Positions 23,670 through 37,349 of a stretch of 64,000 nt of DNA are shown piece by piece. Each line of letters starts with the position of its first letter. Positions within the stretch are counted from its first letter, which is position 1. A program made the position numbers and the translations under genes. Source of the stretch: Squalus acanthias (Eukaryota). Under the pieces are notes generated by a model. It saw only the letters and a list, made by a program, of their open reading frames with translations. It did no database searches and was not told where the DNA came from. The stretch lies in NCBI GenBank assembly GCA_030390025.1, contig CM059427.1, forward strand, positions 48,422,001 to 48,486,000, given 5' to 3'.

Positions 23670-24695
23670 GCCCTGAATTTGCAGTCGGAGGCTTCCCGCG
23701 GGGAAATGCCTCCGATCCGCAAATAAAACAGAAACATAGAAAAATAGGAGCAGGAATAGGCCATTCGGCCCTTCGAGCCTGCTCCGCCATTCAATATGAT
23801 CATGGCTGATCATCTATCTCAATACCATATTCCCGCTCTCTCCCCATACCCCTTGACGCCTTTTGCGTCTAGATATCTATCTATCTCCTTCTTAAATATA
23901 TTCATGATGTGGAGATGCCGGCGTTGGACAGTGACTTGGCCTCCACAGCCTTCTGTGATAGAGAATTCCACAGGTTCACCACCCTCTGAGTGAAGAAATT
24001 TCTCCTCATCTCAGTCCGCGTCTACCTGGTGGTCCGGGAGGTACGGAGACTCGCGGCCCTGGGCCTCCCCGGGTACCCGCCGGCAGAGGCCCACGTATCT
24101 CAGGGGCGCAGACGGTTCGCAAGCGCCCCTGGGATCACATGGGCTGGACCAACGAATGACGAGGGAATCCCCATTCATTCTTAACGGGATTCCGTATGTA
24201 CGGAACCCCATAAGTATAAATGGAAATACCCCAAAAAATACACCTAGACATCAAATAAATTTAAAAAACACCATCACATATTTCAGATTAATTTAAATGG
24301 CATTTAATTAAATATTTAAAACAAAATTTTAATTTTTTGTAAAATAAATTTACATTTTAAAGGGACTAAAAATAAACTTACCTTACAGTAAGTTTTTAAA
24401 TGTATAAATTATTGATAACATTTTATTTTTCTGTTTTTTAAAACTATTGCGCGTAAGGCCTGCTTTTACCAGGCGTAAGAATTTCGCTGGGCAGAAGTTG
24501 GGCAAATAGCCCAACTCTCCGCCCGCAGATGCCCTTTTCCCGGGGATGCGGATGATCTGTCAAAAAAATTCTTGACAGATCGCAAGGTACGGGTTTTAGC
24601 ACATGCGCAGCGCATGCCTAAACACTGAACTTGCGCGGCCCCTATGGGCACGTGCACACCTCGTACGCACCCGTAGGGACCGCACATTACAGCCC
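23670..24695. mobile_element. Harbinger-like MITE with a nested CR1 3' fragment (~23730-24013, minus)
   Basis: gccctgaatttgcagtc ... gaccgcacattacagccc termini; homologous to 19414-20102; CR1 tail inside. Confidence 0.65.
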
Positions 24696-25184
24696 ACCAT
24701 GTTTAAAATTTTAGACCAGCCTAAGGTGCATGCTGTGTAAGCTTCTTTTTAGTAATTAAATTAATGAAAATTGTACTTAATGAAACTGCATACAATTCCC
24801 TGATTTCCTTGTGGCGAGTAGCCACCTTGGCCATAGAAAATGGTCATTGAAGTTGAGGCAATTTCCACCCTTTGAGGAAATTACTTGTTAAAATGTGAAC
24901 TGTAAAAATTCTGATGGGTAGGATTTTTCATAGTGTAATTTTTCATTGGGTTTTTCCTTGCTGAATTTTCATTTGCCAAAGTTTTTAGTCCGAGCAAACC
25001 ATAGCAGATGTTAGATTAATGAAGTCCAATGTAATGGCTCCCTCCATCCGATTCCCTAGCATATTGAAGCAGGATAAGATAGTCTCTTGGAGATTGCAGT
25101 CATAGGCCTCCATAGCAGCAGCGTGAGCATTGACAAGATATTCTCACTGTTTGCAATATCTCTGCTGCTGGGACTCTGCTGTAG

Positions 25185-25860
25185 ATCCCTGAAGGCAGCA
25201 GGACAGGTAGATAAGGTGGTTAAAAAGACATATGGGATACTTGCCTTCATTAGCCGAGGCATAGAATATAAGAGCAGGGAGGTTATGATGGAGCTGTACA
25301 AAACGCTTGTTAGGCCACAGCTGGAATACTGTGTGCAGTTCTGGTCGCCACACTATAGGAAGGATGTGATTGCATTGAAGAGGGTGCAGAGGAGATTCAC
25401 CAGGATGTTACCTGGGCTGGAGCGCTTCAGCTATGAAGAGAGACTGGACAGGCTGGGGTTGTTTTCCTTAGAGCGGAGAAGGCTGAGGGGGGACCTGATT
25501 GAGGTGTACAAAATTATGAGGGGCATAGATAGGGTAGATAGAAAGGAACTTTTCCCCTTAGTAGAGGGGTCAATAACCAGGGGGCATCATTTCAAGGTAA
25601 GGGGCAGGAGGTTTAGAGGGGATTTGAGGAAAAACTTTTTCACCCAGGGGGTGGTTGGAATCTGGAACTCACTGCCTGAAAGGGTGGTAGAGGCAGGAAC
25701 CCTCACAACATTCAAGAAGCATTTAGATGAGCACTTGAAATGCCATTGCATACAAGGCTACGGACCAAGTGCTGGAAAATGGGATTAGAATAGACAGGGC
25801 TTGATGGCCGGCGCGGACACGATGGGCTGAAGGGCCTCTTTCTGTGCTGTATAAATCTAT
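25185..25860 (+). mobile_element. CR1 LINE 3' end (young)
   Basis: Open frame LYKTLVRPQLEYCVQFWSP...RRLRGDLIEVYKI followed by the CR1 3' UTR. Confidence 0.9.
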
Positions 25861-27141
25861 GACTCACCATCACCTTCTCAAGGGCAACTAGGGATGGGCA
25901 ATAAATGCTGGCCTTGCCAGCGATGCCCACATCCCATAAGCAAATAAAAAAAAACATATCTCCAGCTTTTTCTTCTCAAGTCCTTGAATGTCTCTGCCAT
26001 CCAGCTCCATGTGTTCTCACCCATCACTCCCTCTTCAACTTCCTTCAGTCCAGCTTCCGCCCAGCTCATTGTTTCAAGACTGCCCTAATCATAGTCACCA
26101 GTGACATTCTTTGTGACTGTGACCATAATGCACTATCCCTTCTTGTACTTTTCCGACAGTCGCCAGCAGGTGTTGCAGGATATTTCGCACACTCTTAAGT
26201 GACCAAATAAACCATTGATAATTAGATAGGAGCCTTCTTTTAAATGCAGGCCTCATGAGGTTCAAATCCAAGGACTGTTCAGCTGAGGAGGACTCAGACA
26301 GCCTTCCAGCCTACAGGTTGCTGCTCCTCCACTGCCTTCATCATGCATTCCTACTAACATATGCTCTGTGATTCAAACAGTGCACCCTCCTCAAACCCCC
26401 AGAGTGCTGCGAGCTACTGAATTAATTATGTGGTACAGGGACATGTTCTTGGGGAGTACTTTCCGCATATGTTGAAGGCTGCAAGACACTCCTTCAAACA
26501 TTATTGATGTGACTAGTCACTCAATTCAAAGTTACTTAATTCCATTTATCTGATAATTCAATTTTTAGCTCCAAATTTCCACTTTTCTGTGTTATTTGGA
26601 TTGTTTATTTAAAATTATTATATTGTTCATTTTTCGTGCAAAGATTGGCTGAAATATTGGGAGTAGACTATATAACCTTTTGGCCTGGAAAAATCCTCTG
26701 GCGGAAATTCTACAGAACTGCAGCAGGGTGGCTTCCAACGCTGACCCCAGTATGTTTTTCAAGGGCTTCTGGTCATATTTCTGCCAGTGCCAGAAAGCCT
26801 ACCAAAGGTGGGGAGGAGAAGGAATATTGCATTGCAAACCTTGAGCGCCTTCAGCAGTAGAACCTGGTTGACTGCTTTCTGGGGCTGCTAAAGAAGTAAA
26901 GGAGTTTTTTTAAATTGGTGTGTTGGCTAAGTCCAGTTATTTCCCTGGTTTAAAATTAAATCCTCTACCCCCATAGCAATTTTGGACACCAGGAACTCAT
27001 CAGTCTTCAGGTGTTCAACATTGCTATTGTATTCAGGACAGAAAATACAGAACGTGATGTTTCCCGCTATTAACATGTAATTTCCATATGGCCTCCCAGT
27101 TTGGGCAGGCATTTTCAATATCCACTGTCACTTCTGAAGGT

Positions 27142-27331
27142 GAGAAGTCGCACAACACCAGGTTATAGTCCAACAGCTTTATTTGAAATCACAAGCTTTC
27201 GGAGCGCTGCTCCTTCGTCAGGTCACCTGACGAAGGAGCAGCGCTCCGAAAGCTTGTGATTTCAAATAAAGCTGTTGGACTATAACCTGGTGTTGTGCGA
27301 CTTCTCACATTTGTCCACCCCAGTCCAACTG
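27142..27331. mobile_element. Penelope-derived perfect palindrome with hammerhead cores
   Basis: 83-bp perfect arms (27141-27223 and 27225-27307); 12-bp duplication acttctgaaggt; CTGACGA...GAAA core. Confidence 0.85.
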
Positions 27332-29419
27332 ACTTCTGAAGGTAGCAGAGGGGAAGCAATGGAAAGGCTCTCCACCTGACATCCTGTGCTCCCCACAGTT
27401 CTACTACCTGAAATCTTCATGTGCTAAAGTGTATGAATGATTAAATGAGTAAAGGGTAAAAAGACTAACAGTAAAAGAATGAATGGTACTAGTCCTGAAC
27501 TTGAGGGAGGTCTTTGACTTCATTCTGCCCCACTACCTCTATGCTTTTGCAGAGCAGCTTCTTCAGAAGTACTTAAGGGCTTAGAGTTGCAGAACTCGCC
27601 TCCTGTGCAGGTTTGATTTTATGTGCTGCCTTGGTCTGCAAGTTAGTGAAGTAAGTGTTGACATGTTGGAAGTTTGAAGAGGACATATAGTGACACCCAG
27701 TGAAAAGGAGATGGATGAAAGGAATGGGCAAATCAGCCTATCCAGAAATGATACTTTAGTTCCATTACTTGAACTAGTTTGACATAAATTCCAATTTTAG
27801 TGAAGTGAGAGTGAATAGAATGAAATTCTATTGTCTGCTCGTAGCACTTCATTGGAGGTCAGTCACAATCTTTGAATCACTCCTACACATATACACAGGA
27901 TCTGGATATCATAATGATATGTGCATTATGAGGTAATTCTGAATTAAAGTTACATCGGCTCCATTGTAACTGTTTTTGACGCAGTTATGTGAAACCAAAG
28001 CAGTATGAGGAGCGTAGCTGCAATATAAATTATAAATCAAGACTTCAAGATATTTTCTGCTTGGGGTCTACTGGAGTCTTTAAAGTAAAAGAGAGGCGAT
28101 GAACAAGAGACACAAAGTAGGAAATGGTTTCCTGTGCCTTATTATTGAAGCTAGGTGTTTAAACCATCTCATACCATGATCTGTTTTTTTTATTTATGTA
28201 ACCTTTCTCTCACTGCCAATCCTTTACCCTTGTTAGTTATGTTTCTGCCACCACCCCCTTCCCCCCACAACCTCCTTGCCATTCTAGGCTTTTCCTGCAT
28301 CCAAAAGGGCATCTAGTCCACAATCAGTGCTGCTCTTGTAGCTTGCTATGAGATGCACTTCCCTTTAAGGAATTTCCCTTAATTTGCCTTGGCTCTTTTC
28401 TGCAGCAGCACGACTGAGATTGGGAGCTGTAGTTTGGGACCACCTGCAGCCCACCACTTTGTTGTGTTGCACTTTAGCACTCTAGCTTGCTGAACCATGC
28501 TGTTTATTCTTACTTCAATAAAGTATTTCAACAAAGTTTCATTTTTTTAAAGAAAACTTGTGCATATCCAAGCAGTTATCAAGCTATGCAAATAATCAAC
28601 GTGGTCTAATGGCACACAAATCACGTCTAAAAATTTATAATCAAATCAAGTATGTATAAAACTGCAATTAATTTAATTAAGCAATTTGGATTTTGGGAGC
28701 TGTAAAAATATTTCACATACATTGGCTGGAAACTTGCAAGTTATCTAATCAAGGCTTATTTGAACGCTGATGGAGTGCGTTTAACTAATACTGTTTGCTG
28801 TGAGAATTATTTCACTCCATACAACTGGAGAAAGTGCTTTTCCCTGCAATTTCCATTTTGCCACAGATAAATGGCAATCATTTGAGAGTTTTGGACTTGT
28901 CTAGATAGTACCTTCGCCAGTTTAACTGTTTACAAATTAATAAATTTGATTGAAATAAATTTACAATAATTATTAGTCAAATCTCCTGTGGGATTGTACA
29001 TGGGCAGGCAAGGCTAGAAGGTGAGAGATAATTGAACCAGTGTGGCAGAGCAGAGAGAGGCAAGGGAGTGGAGGTGGAGCAGAGGAGGGGAAGAAGAAGG
29101 CAATGAGAGGAATGTTAAAGTGGGGTGGGGGGGAAGAAGAGAGGGACTGAGGAAGGAGGCTAGTGGGATTGAGGCATAGTACTGCCAGCATTGGGGAAGG
29201 GGAAAACTTGCTCAGTGGGAAAGTTAAAGGTCAAAAAAATTTTTGGTCTGAGGGGTGGCAGGGAGGAGGAGGTTGAGTGCTGATATCTTGCTTGATTTAA
29301 GGAAAATTTGACCAGAAAAAAAAGAGTAGTGGTTTTCTGTAAACCAACCCTAATTACGCTAGACTTCTGGAGTATCTTAAACATTTTAAAAAGAATTCTA
29401 AAATTGTTCATGGCACCAC

Positions 29420-29760
29420 TCTTAGGGTGAGTTGAAGCCCACTCCAGAAGTTGAGCACACCACCTAGGCTGTTCAGTGCCGTACCAACTACTGCATTGTC
29501 AGAGGTGCTGACTTTCTGATCAGATGTTATAGCAAGGTCCCAGCTGCCTATTCAGGTATATGTAAAAGATCCCATGGCACTGTTTGAAGAAGAGCAGGCC
29601 AACATTTATCCCCCAACCTACATCAGCAAAAACTAATTAATCTCAGTCGCTGTTTTTGCATAGAATTGCTGCCATGTTTGCCGACATAGCAGTAGATTTC
29701 AAAAGTAATTAATTGGCTGTGAAATACCCTGAGGTCATGAAAGGCACTGTATAAATGCCG
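29420..29760 (+). mobile_element. DeuSINE-like element (degenerate)
   Basis: Deu-domain-like gtaaaagatcccatggcactgtttgaagaagagcagg; homologous to 48826-49270. Confidence 0.65.
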
Positions 29761-29799
29761 GTTCTTAATTTATATTTGGATTCACTTATCCAACACTTC

Positions 29800-31030
29800 A
29801 ACCCCTTTTGGATACTCATTCCCAGAAAAGCTATTGAATCATCAGTGAGCAGCACCCACTCCTGATCTTCTAACAGAAGGAAGGTCATTGATGAAGCAGC
29901 TAAAGATGGATCGGCCAAAGACGCTGTCCTGAGCAACTCCTGCAGCAATGTCTTAGGGCTGTAATGATTGGCCTCTGATAACCACGACCAAGTATGATTC
30001 CACTACTGGGGGTTTTCTCTTTAACCCCCACTGACCACAGCCTTGTAGGGCTCATTGGTGCAATACTCAGTGAAATACTGTTTTGATGTTGAGGGCAGTT
30101 ATTCTCGCCTCTCCATATTCATTCAGCTCTTGTGTCCATGTCTGGATCAATGCTGTGGTATGGTCTGGCACAAAGTAGTTCTAGAAAAACCCAAACTGAG
30201 CGTCAGTGAGCAGGTTATTGATGGATGCGTATTGCTTGATGGCCATATTGATGACTTCTTCAGTTACTTTGTTGATATTTGGGAGGAGGCTGATAGGGTG
30301 GTAACTGGTTGTTCTAGATTTGTCCTACATTTTGTACATCGCATATATGTGGGCAATTTTCCATTGTTGGGTAGATACTAGTGTCATAGCTGCACTGGAA
30401 AGGCTTGAAGAGAGAGGGTGGCTAGATCAGGTGCACAGATCTTCAGCATTACAGCTGGGATGTTGTCATGCCCATAGCCTTCACTGTGTCCAGTGTACCC
30501 TCTTTTCTTAAAGTCTTGTAGAGTAAACCAAATTGGCTGGATAGCAGCATTTATGATGGTGAGGACCTCCAGAGGAGGCTGAATAGGATCATCCATTTGG
30601 CACTTTTGCCTGAAGATGCTTGAAAACCCCTTCAACCTTGTCTCTTACACTCATGCTGAGCTCTGATGTGGTTGAGGATAGGAATGTTCATGGAGCCTTC
30701 TGCTCCTGTTATTTGTCTGATTGTCCACCATCTTTTTCAACTAGATGTGGTCGGGGCCATGTAGCTTTGCTTTGTTTGTTGGTTATGGAACCATTTAGTT
30801 CTGTAGCCATCTGCTTTTGGTATTGAGCCTGCAGGTAGCCCTGTGTTGTAGCCTCGCTAGGTTGCTAACTCATTCTAATGTATGCATGGTGCTGCTCCTA
30901 GCACACCCTTCAACAATCCCCATTAAAACAGGGTTTATCTCTCAGCTTGATGGTGATTTAAGGGGCATGTCCAACCATAAGGTTACAGATTGAGGTGGTT
31001 ACAATTCTGCTGTTGATGGCCCAAGGCCCT
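29800..31030 (-). mobile_element. Degenerate CR1-clade LINE (family of 2968-4592)
   Basis: Minus-strand remnant DNIPAVMLKICAPDLA; similarity to the RT region of that family. Confidence 0.6.
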
Positions 31031-34000
31031 CATAGATACCCACATTTGGCATACTAACTAGATGGTTGAAAAATAAACACATCTGGTTATGATGTTTTAG
31101 GAGAGTTAGAATAGGTAAGAAAGGAGGCGTGGCAATAATTGGTGAATGATGGAATGCATGCAGTATAGAGGACTGAAAAAAAGAGGTTCAGACAAAGTCA
31201 GTATGGTTAGAGATCAAAAATTTTAAAAGGATTTTTTACATTAGTAGGCTTGTACCACAGTCCCTTAACTGTTGGTGGAAAATGGAAGTGGAAATCTGTG
31301 GACAGATCAGGGAAATTAGTAGGAATATTGTGCTGGAGATTTTAGTTACCTATTTGTTGATTGGGACAGGGAGGGAGTAAATGGAGAAAAGAGAATTGAA
31401 TTCCTAAAAGGTCTGCAGTATTCCTTCCTCAAGCAGTATATTTGTATATGTATGCAGAACTACCTCGAGCAGTACATTGGATGGATAGTTTAGATGTCCA
31501 TCACCGGATCTAGCTAGACCACAACGAGCACTATCAGGCATCACTCTCTTCTGCCAAGGCCACTTCAGGATCATCCCAGAGAACAAATATAACCCCCGGC
31601 TTCTTTTCTCCTTAAACCCCTGTCCTCTTCGACTTTCACCTCTAACAATGTGTGAGGAGCTCATAGACCTCTTTCTCACTAAGATTGAGACTATCCAGCT
31701 GCTTGTGCTCCTTGTCCTTGCTCACCAAGCCAAACTGTTCCCCAGACTCTCTCCTGCCCTAGCCCTGAAATTTCTCTTCTATCTCCCCTCATGCAGTCTC
31801 CCACCTCATTAACATGCTAGTCACCAGACCTTCCTTCCTGGCCCCCATGCTAGTTGGCATTGTAAATGGTTTCCTCTGCTCAGGTACTGTCTCCTTCCCT
31901 TTCAAAACTGAATCTTTTTGAAACTGTAATATTGCAGTCGTGGTGTACTTCATGGCTGCCATCATTCTATTCAGGAACCTAACTCACAATAACAATGTTT
32001 TTTCAATGTGCAATGACTACCAATTTTTTCCAAATTTTGCTTAGTGAAGTTTTGTCATTTTTATATACTAATCTACTCACTGTCATGGAATTCCAAAACA
32101 ATAATGCATTTCCTGTTTATTTCTGCGCTACTTATAACATTTGATATTGTAATACAACCCATTTAATGTCCTAATTTTTCAGGGTTAAAGTAACTTGACG
32201 AAACTAAACCAAATTTATATGCTAATACATGAGAACTATTTCCCCAGCTAATCAAGGCATGATTGGCACTGTAATTGATTGTGTGATTTCATCATGAATA
32301 TGCCAGAATATGATCAGCCCTCAACTTTAAATTAAGCTTGTAATCACTGTTGATTGTAATCAGCTGTTGTGCCTTCTTTTCTACAACGATCTGTGCTTCA
32401 TCTTTTGATGCTCCTTTTTCATTTTTTTATATTTCATTTCTAGTGCTGTTTGTACTTTTATTTTTATGAGCACAGGCTGATACTAATAAACAATATACAG
32501 CTACCTTCTCTAAGCTTCTATGAAGCTGCAGACTGCCAGTTCTTAATAAACTTTCAGCAGAACACCTACATGCTTGAATGTTTTGACTTTGCAGGGTATT
32601 CACAAACTTCAGTACTGCGACAATGCAATAAAGTACTGTAAGTGAAGAATACTGTGCTGCGATAACACAAATAAAGGTGCAAAACTATACATTTAGCTGA
32701 ATACCCAAATTAACTGATGTGGTGATGACCTGGATATACAGAATCGGGTGCCATTCACTAAACTTTGATCTTCAGTGATGCTTTGCATGGATTTGAATTG
32801 CAGGAGCTGCATCCTTGAGGTGTTGACCCATGTCCATATTAGCACCACACTGCATTAGTATTTGCCACATTTCTAACAACCTGGTTCTTCTTTCCTTAAT
32901 GCCCACATGACAGCAAGGTGGGACATATCGTCAACCATCCTAGGAGAGTGTATTGCATCCCTAGGTAAGTTTCCAGGATCAGATAAACACCATCGTTATC
33001 AGGAGGTTAAAGGTTAATAGACATTCAAAGATGGACTTACCCCTGAGCTCAATAGACTCATGGGTCCAGTGCTGTTGGAAGTCCTGTTCTGTCTGAATCT
33101 CAAATGCCCCTTGTTGAGCATCATTGGTATGTGGTAGTCTGTGCTGATCTGACATGGTATACTGCCTTTTCCTGTATGCTCTGTTTTGGGCCTCACCACC
33201 TTTGCTTGGTGTCTAATATAGACCTCTTTACTTGGGTAACCAACTTTTTAATTTGGACAGATCTATTGCCCTATTTATAGCCTGCTTCCTGGACACCAGA
33301 GGTCAGTGCTGCTAAAGAGAAAGTTCTCGTGTTAAAACTCATAAATGTAGATTTCCTATTTTGAAACTGTATATTGTTTTATTACCATTCTGTTCTGATT
33401 TACTACCCTTTATGTTGTGTTTATGTATAGTGTACATGATATCAGGGTTTTTATTTAAAATTACTGTTTAAACATTGAAGATTCTTTTCCTGAATGCGGG
33501 ATCAGTAGAGGAAATTTTGATTTCATCAAAGCCATTGTAACTTACTTTGAAATCTTTGTAGACTCACCATTTGGGGATTATTCTCCATCCAGTAATAATT
33601 CTGTTACAATGTAGATATTTCTGAAATGGTTCGAGACAAACTAAACTGAAGAAGAAAGCATACGGGCGGGGTGGGGGGAGGGGCTGCCATAGGTATGGTT
33701 AAAAATAAGAGCAAATGCGGGAAGAAGTTACGACCAGGATAAGGAAAGCGAGGAAGCAGTACGAGGAGAGAATTTCAAAAAAATCGTAAAACAAACAGTG
33801 AATAATTCTACAAATAATTCTTTCAAAGATCCAGCACAGGCACGATGGGCCGAATTATTCTGACTTGTATTATTCTATGATTCTACATATATCAGTAAAA
33901 AGAGAATTGTTAAGTGTGAGGTGAGACCTCTGAGAGGACAGGAGAGGATTGTGAGTTAGTAGATGATAAATAGAAACTGGATGAATACCAGCAAGGACTG

Positions 34001-35019
34001 GTTGGGTTGAACGGCCTTTTTCCGTGTTGCAATTTCTATGTTATTTTGTGTTTAGTGAATAGGATCTGGACAGTATTCTGCAAAGTAACAGCAATCTAAA
34101 CTATGTTTATGGAAATCTCAAAGGAGATTCTCTATCAGTACTCCTCTCAAGTCAATTAAAATAGTCTTGATTAATCTTTTTGTTTAAAAACTGCTGAAGA
34201 CATATTCAGAGGAACTGACGGAAATTTTGATGCCTAAACATGTACAAGAGTTGAATCACCATAAACTACTGAAGTGACAAGATTGCTGTCGTACCTTGGG
34301 TTGATGGTTGTTTTTGTAGAATCTTTAACTTAGCTCCCCTCCACTGTCACGCTTTCTAACTCTCTCTGCCAGATTTATACAGAGTTAGTGCAAACTGTTT
34401 AATCAAAACTGATCTGGGAATCACCAGAATTAGAACTTTAAAGATTCATGATTCTAATTTTTAAAGCTATTAATGAGGAGATGTCATTTTTAAATATCAG
34501 TGAATGGAAGCTGTTCTGTAAAAAATCAGTTAATTTTTAAACTTTTTTTTAGCAAAACCACTTTAGAGCTATATATTTCAACCTCAATAAATTTTAGATT
34601 GTGTAATTTTAAATGAGTGAAATTGGGTATTAGTTAAAAATATTGTTTTAATATGTTACATTAAAATGTATACCTATAAGATGCATGGAATGTGGTTGTG
34701 TTAATTTGCCCAATTATGTAAATTTCTAAAAAATATATGTCCATGTGTAAACGAGCTGAAAGTAATTGTTTAAGTGAAATGCTAATGAGTTGCGCAATAA
34801 GAAAAGTTAACTGTTTTCATTTCAAGTCTGGCATAAAATTCTGAAAGCCACTGGTATAAGTACTTAACCATAGCTTTAGTCTTCTTGTAACACCTCTGTT
34901 ACATAGCACTTCGATATAGAGCAATACCCTTATATAAAATGCTACACTGTAAACTCTCAGTATTCAGTTGAGCATTTTTTAATTTATTCTCAGAAATGCA
35001 AGGCCTCATTAATTTCCTT

Positions 35020-36553
35020 TCCCTATTTGCTGAGAAGGAGCTAATCGGCTTGCCGCGGGGGTAAGGATCACGCGCGCGCTTACCTACCGCGCCTGCCGTT
35101 GACCTCTGGGCCCACGGGAACTTCAGCTCCTGGGCCTGCTCCAAGTGCCGGCGCGCAGTGCTTGCGTGTCCCGGGGCGCAGTTAGTGCGATGCGTCCCCT
35201 GAGATCACATGGGCTATGGAGAGCCAATGGCAGCAGACCATCTTTCATTCATAGATTTGACAGGAAGAGCTGTCAAATCTGTGAATTGAAATCGGCCCCA
35301 AAAGAACAGCTAAACTTATTGGCCCAGAAATTCGCCTCTCCGGCTTGCCGCCAGGGTAAGGATCGCGCGCGCACTTACCTACCACGCCTGCCGTTGTGTT
35401 TTGGGCCCACGGGAACTTCAGCTCCTGGTCCTGCTCCAAGAGCCGGCGCGCACTGCTTGCGTGTCCCAGGGGCGCAGTTAGTGCGATGCGTCCCCTGGGA
35501 TCACGTGGGCCATGGAGAGCCAATGGCAGCAGACCATCTTTCATTCATAGATTTGACAGGAAGAGCTGTCAAATCTGTGAATTGAAATCGGCCCCAAAAG
35601 AACAGCTATACTTAAAATAAATTTTTTAAAAACCATCACATTTATAAAATAACTATAGTTAAATAAATTAACCACTTTAAACAAAAATTTAAATTTTTGA
35701 AAAAATTAAAATACTTTTTAAAAGTGATAAAAAAAATAAACTTACCTTTCTTTAAAGTATCTAAAAAAGATAAACCTGTGGAAAAAAAATTTAAATTATA
35801 CTTAATTAACCACTTACCTTGTTGAAAACAGCTCCTGCGCCTCCTTTTTATTAGCGCAGGTTCTTCACTACTTACCCTCCCGTAGAAACCTGAAAAAAAA
35901 TCTAAGTTCGCTGCGTGCGCGCAGCCTCTACCGCGCATGCAGTTCACCTAGGAACCGCCCCCTTCACCAGACCGGAAGTTCCGCTTTCCCGCGCATGCGC
36001 AGTGCATGCAGGAAACCGGCACTTCGGGACGCATTATGGGTGAGTACGCACTGTGTACTCACCCAGGAAGGGCCGAATTTTTGGGCCAAAATAAATTTTT
36101 TAAGAAACCATCACATTTATAAAATAACTAAGTTAAATAAATTAACTACTTTAAACAAAAATTTAAATTTTTGAAAAAATTAAAAAACTTTTTAACAGTG
36201 CTAAAAATAAACTTACCTTTCTTTAAAGTATCTAAAAAAGATAAACCTGTTGAAAAAAATTTCAAATTATAATTAATTAACCACTTGTTGAAAACGGGTC
36301 CTGCGCCTCCTTTTTAAAAGCGTAGGTTCTTCAATACTTACCCTCCTGTAGAAACCTGAAAAAAAAACTAAGTTTGCTGCGTGCGCGCAGCCTCTACCGC
36401 GCACGCGGTTCACCTATGAACCGCCCCCTTCACCAGACCGGAAGTTCCGGTTTCCCGCGCATGCGCAGTGCATGCAGGAAACCGGCACTTCAGGACGCCT
36501 TACGGGTGAGTACGCACTGTGTACTCACCCGGGAAGGGCCGAATTTTTGGCCC
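35020..36553. mobile_element. Harbinger-like MITE with internal tandem duplications
   Basis: ~35045-35310 repeats at ~35340-35608; ~35615-36087 repeats at ~36088-36553; ggcccagaaattcg / cgaatttttggccc termini. Confidence 0.7.
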
Positions 36554-36559
36554 AATGAA

Positions 36560-37290
36560 CTTTCTCCTTTTACTGCTGCACTCTTTGCACTGATAGCATT
36601 GCCACAGTGGTATTGGCTAGGGGCTTCCAGGATATTGACCCAGCAATGATGAAAGAAAAGTGCTATGTGTCCAAATAAGGATGTAGTTTGACTTACAGGG
36701 GAATTTAGAGGTAATGGTGTTCCCACAACATTGCTGCTCTTGTTCTTCTTGGTGGTAGAGGTCGCTGGGCTTGGGAAGTGCTCTCGACATTGTCTTGGTC
36801 AGCTACTGCAGTGCATCTTGTAGATCATACATACAGCAACTATATTGCAATGGTGATGGAGAGGGTGGATATTGAGTCTATTGGTAGGAGAGCTGATCAG
36901 ACAAACTGCTCTGTCCTAGAGAGTGTCAAGCTTCTCAAGTGTTGTTGCAGCTGCACTCATCCAGGCAAATAGTGAGTATTCCGTCACACCTCTGACTTGA
37001 ACCTTGTAAATGGTGGAAAGGCTTTTAGGGATCAGGTCACAGAGTACTTTACCTCTGCCCTGCCCTTGATATGGCAGTCCAGTAACGATTCTGGTCAGTG
37101 GTGACCCCAAAGATGCTGATAGTGAGGGACTTGGCAATCATGATTTTATTGAAGGACAAGGGGATCTAGTTGGGTCTTCTCACGTTCGAGATGGTCATTA
37201 CCTGGCACTTGTGCCGCGAATGACACCTGACGCTTTTCAGCCCAAGTCTGGATGTTGTCCAGGTTCTGCAGTAGGCTGCCATGGACTGCT
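36560..37290 (-). mobile_element. Degenerate CR1-clade LINE (family of 2968-4592)
   Basis: LSTIYKVQVRGVTEYSLFAWMSAAATTLEKLD on the minus strand. Confidence 0.75.
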
Positions 37291-37349
37291 TCAATATCTG
37301 TGCAATAATTGCCAAGCAATCCTACCTGTACAGCATTATTGACCAGTTA

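Noticed and set aside
25087-25788. 233-aa ORF with a hydrophobic N-terminus as a novel gene
   Set aside because: Chance open frame running into a CR1 ORF2 C-terminus; no ATG start or splice support
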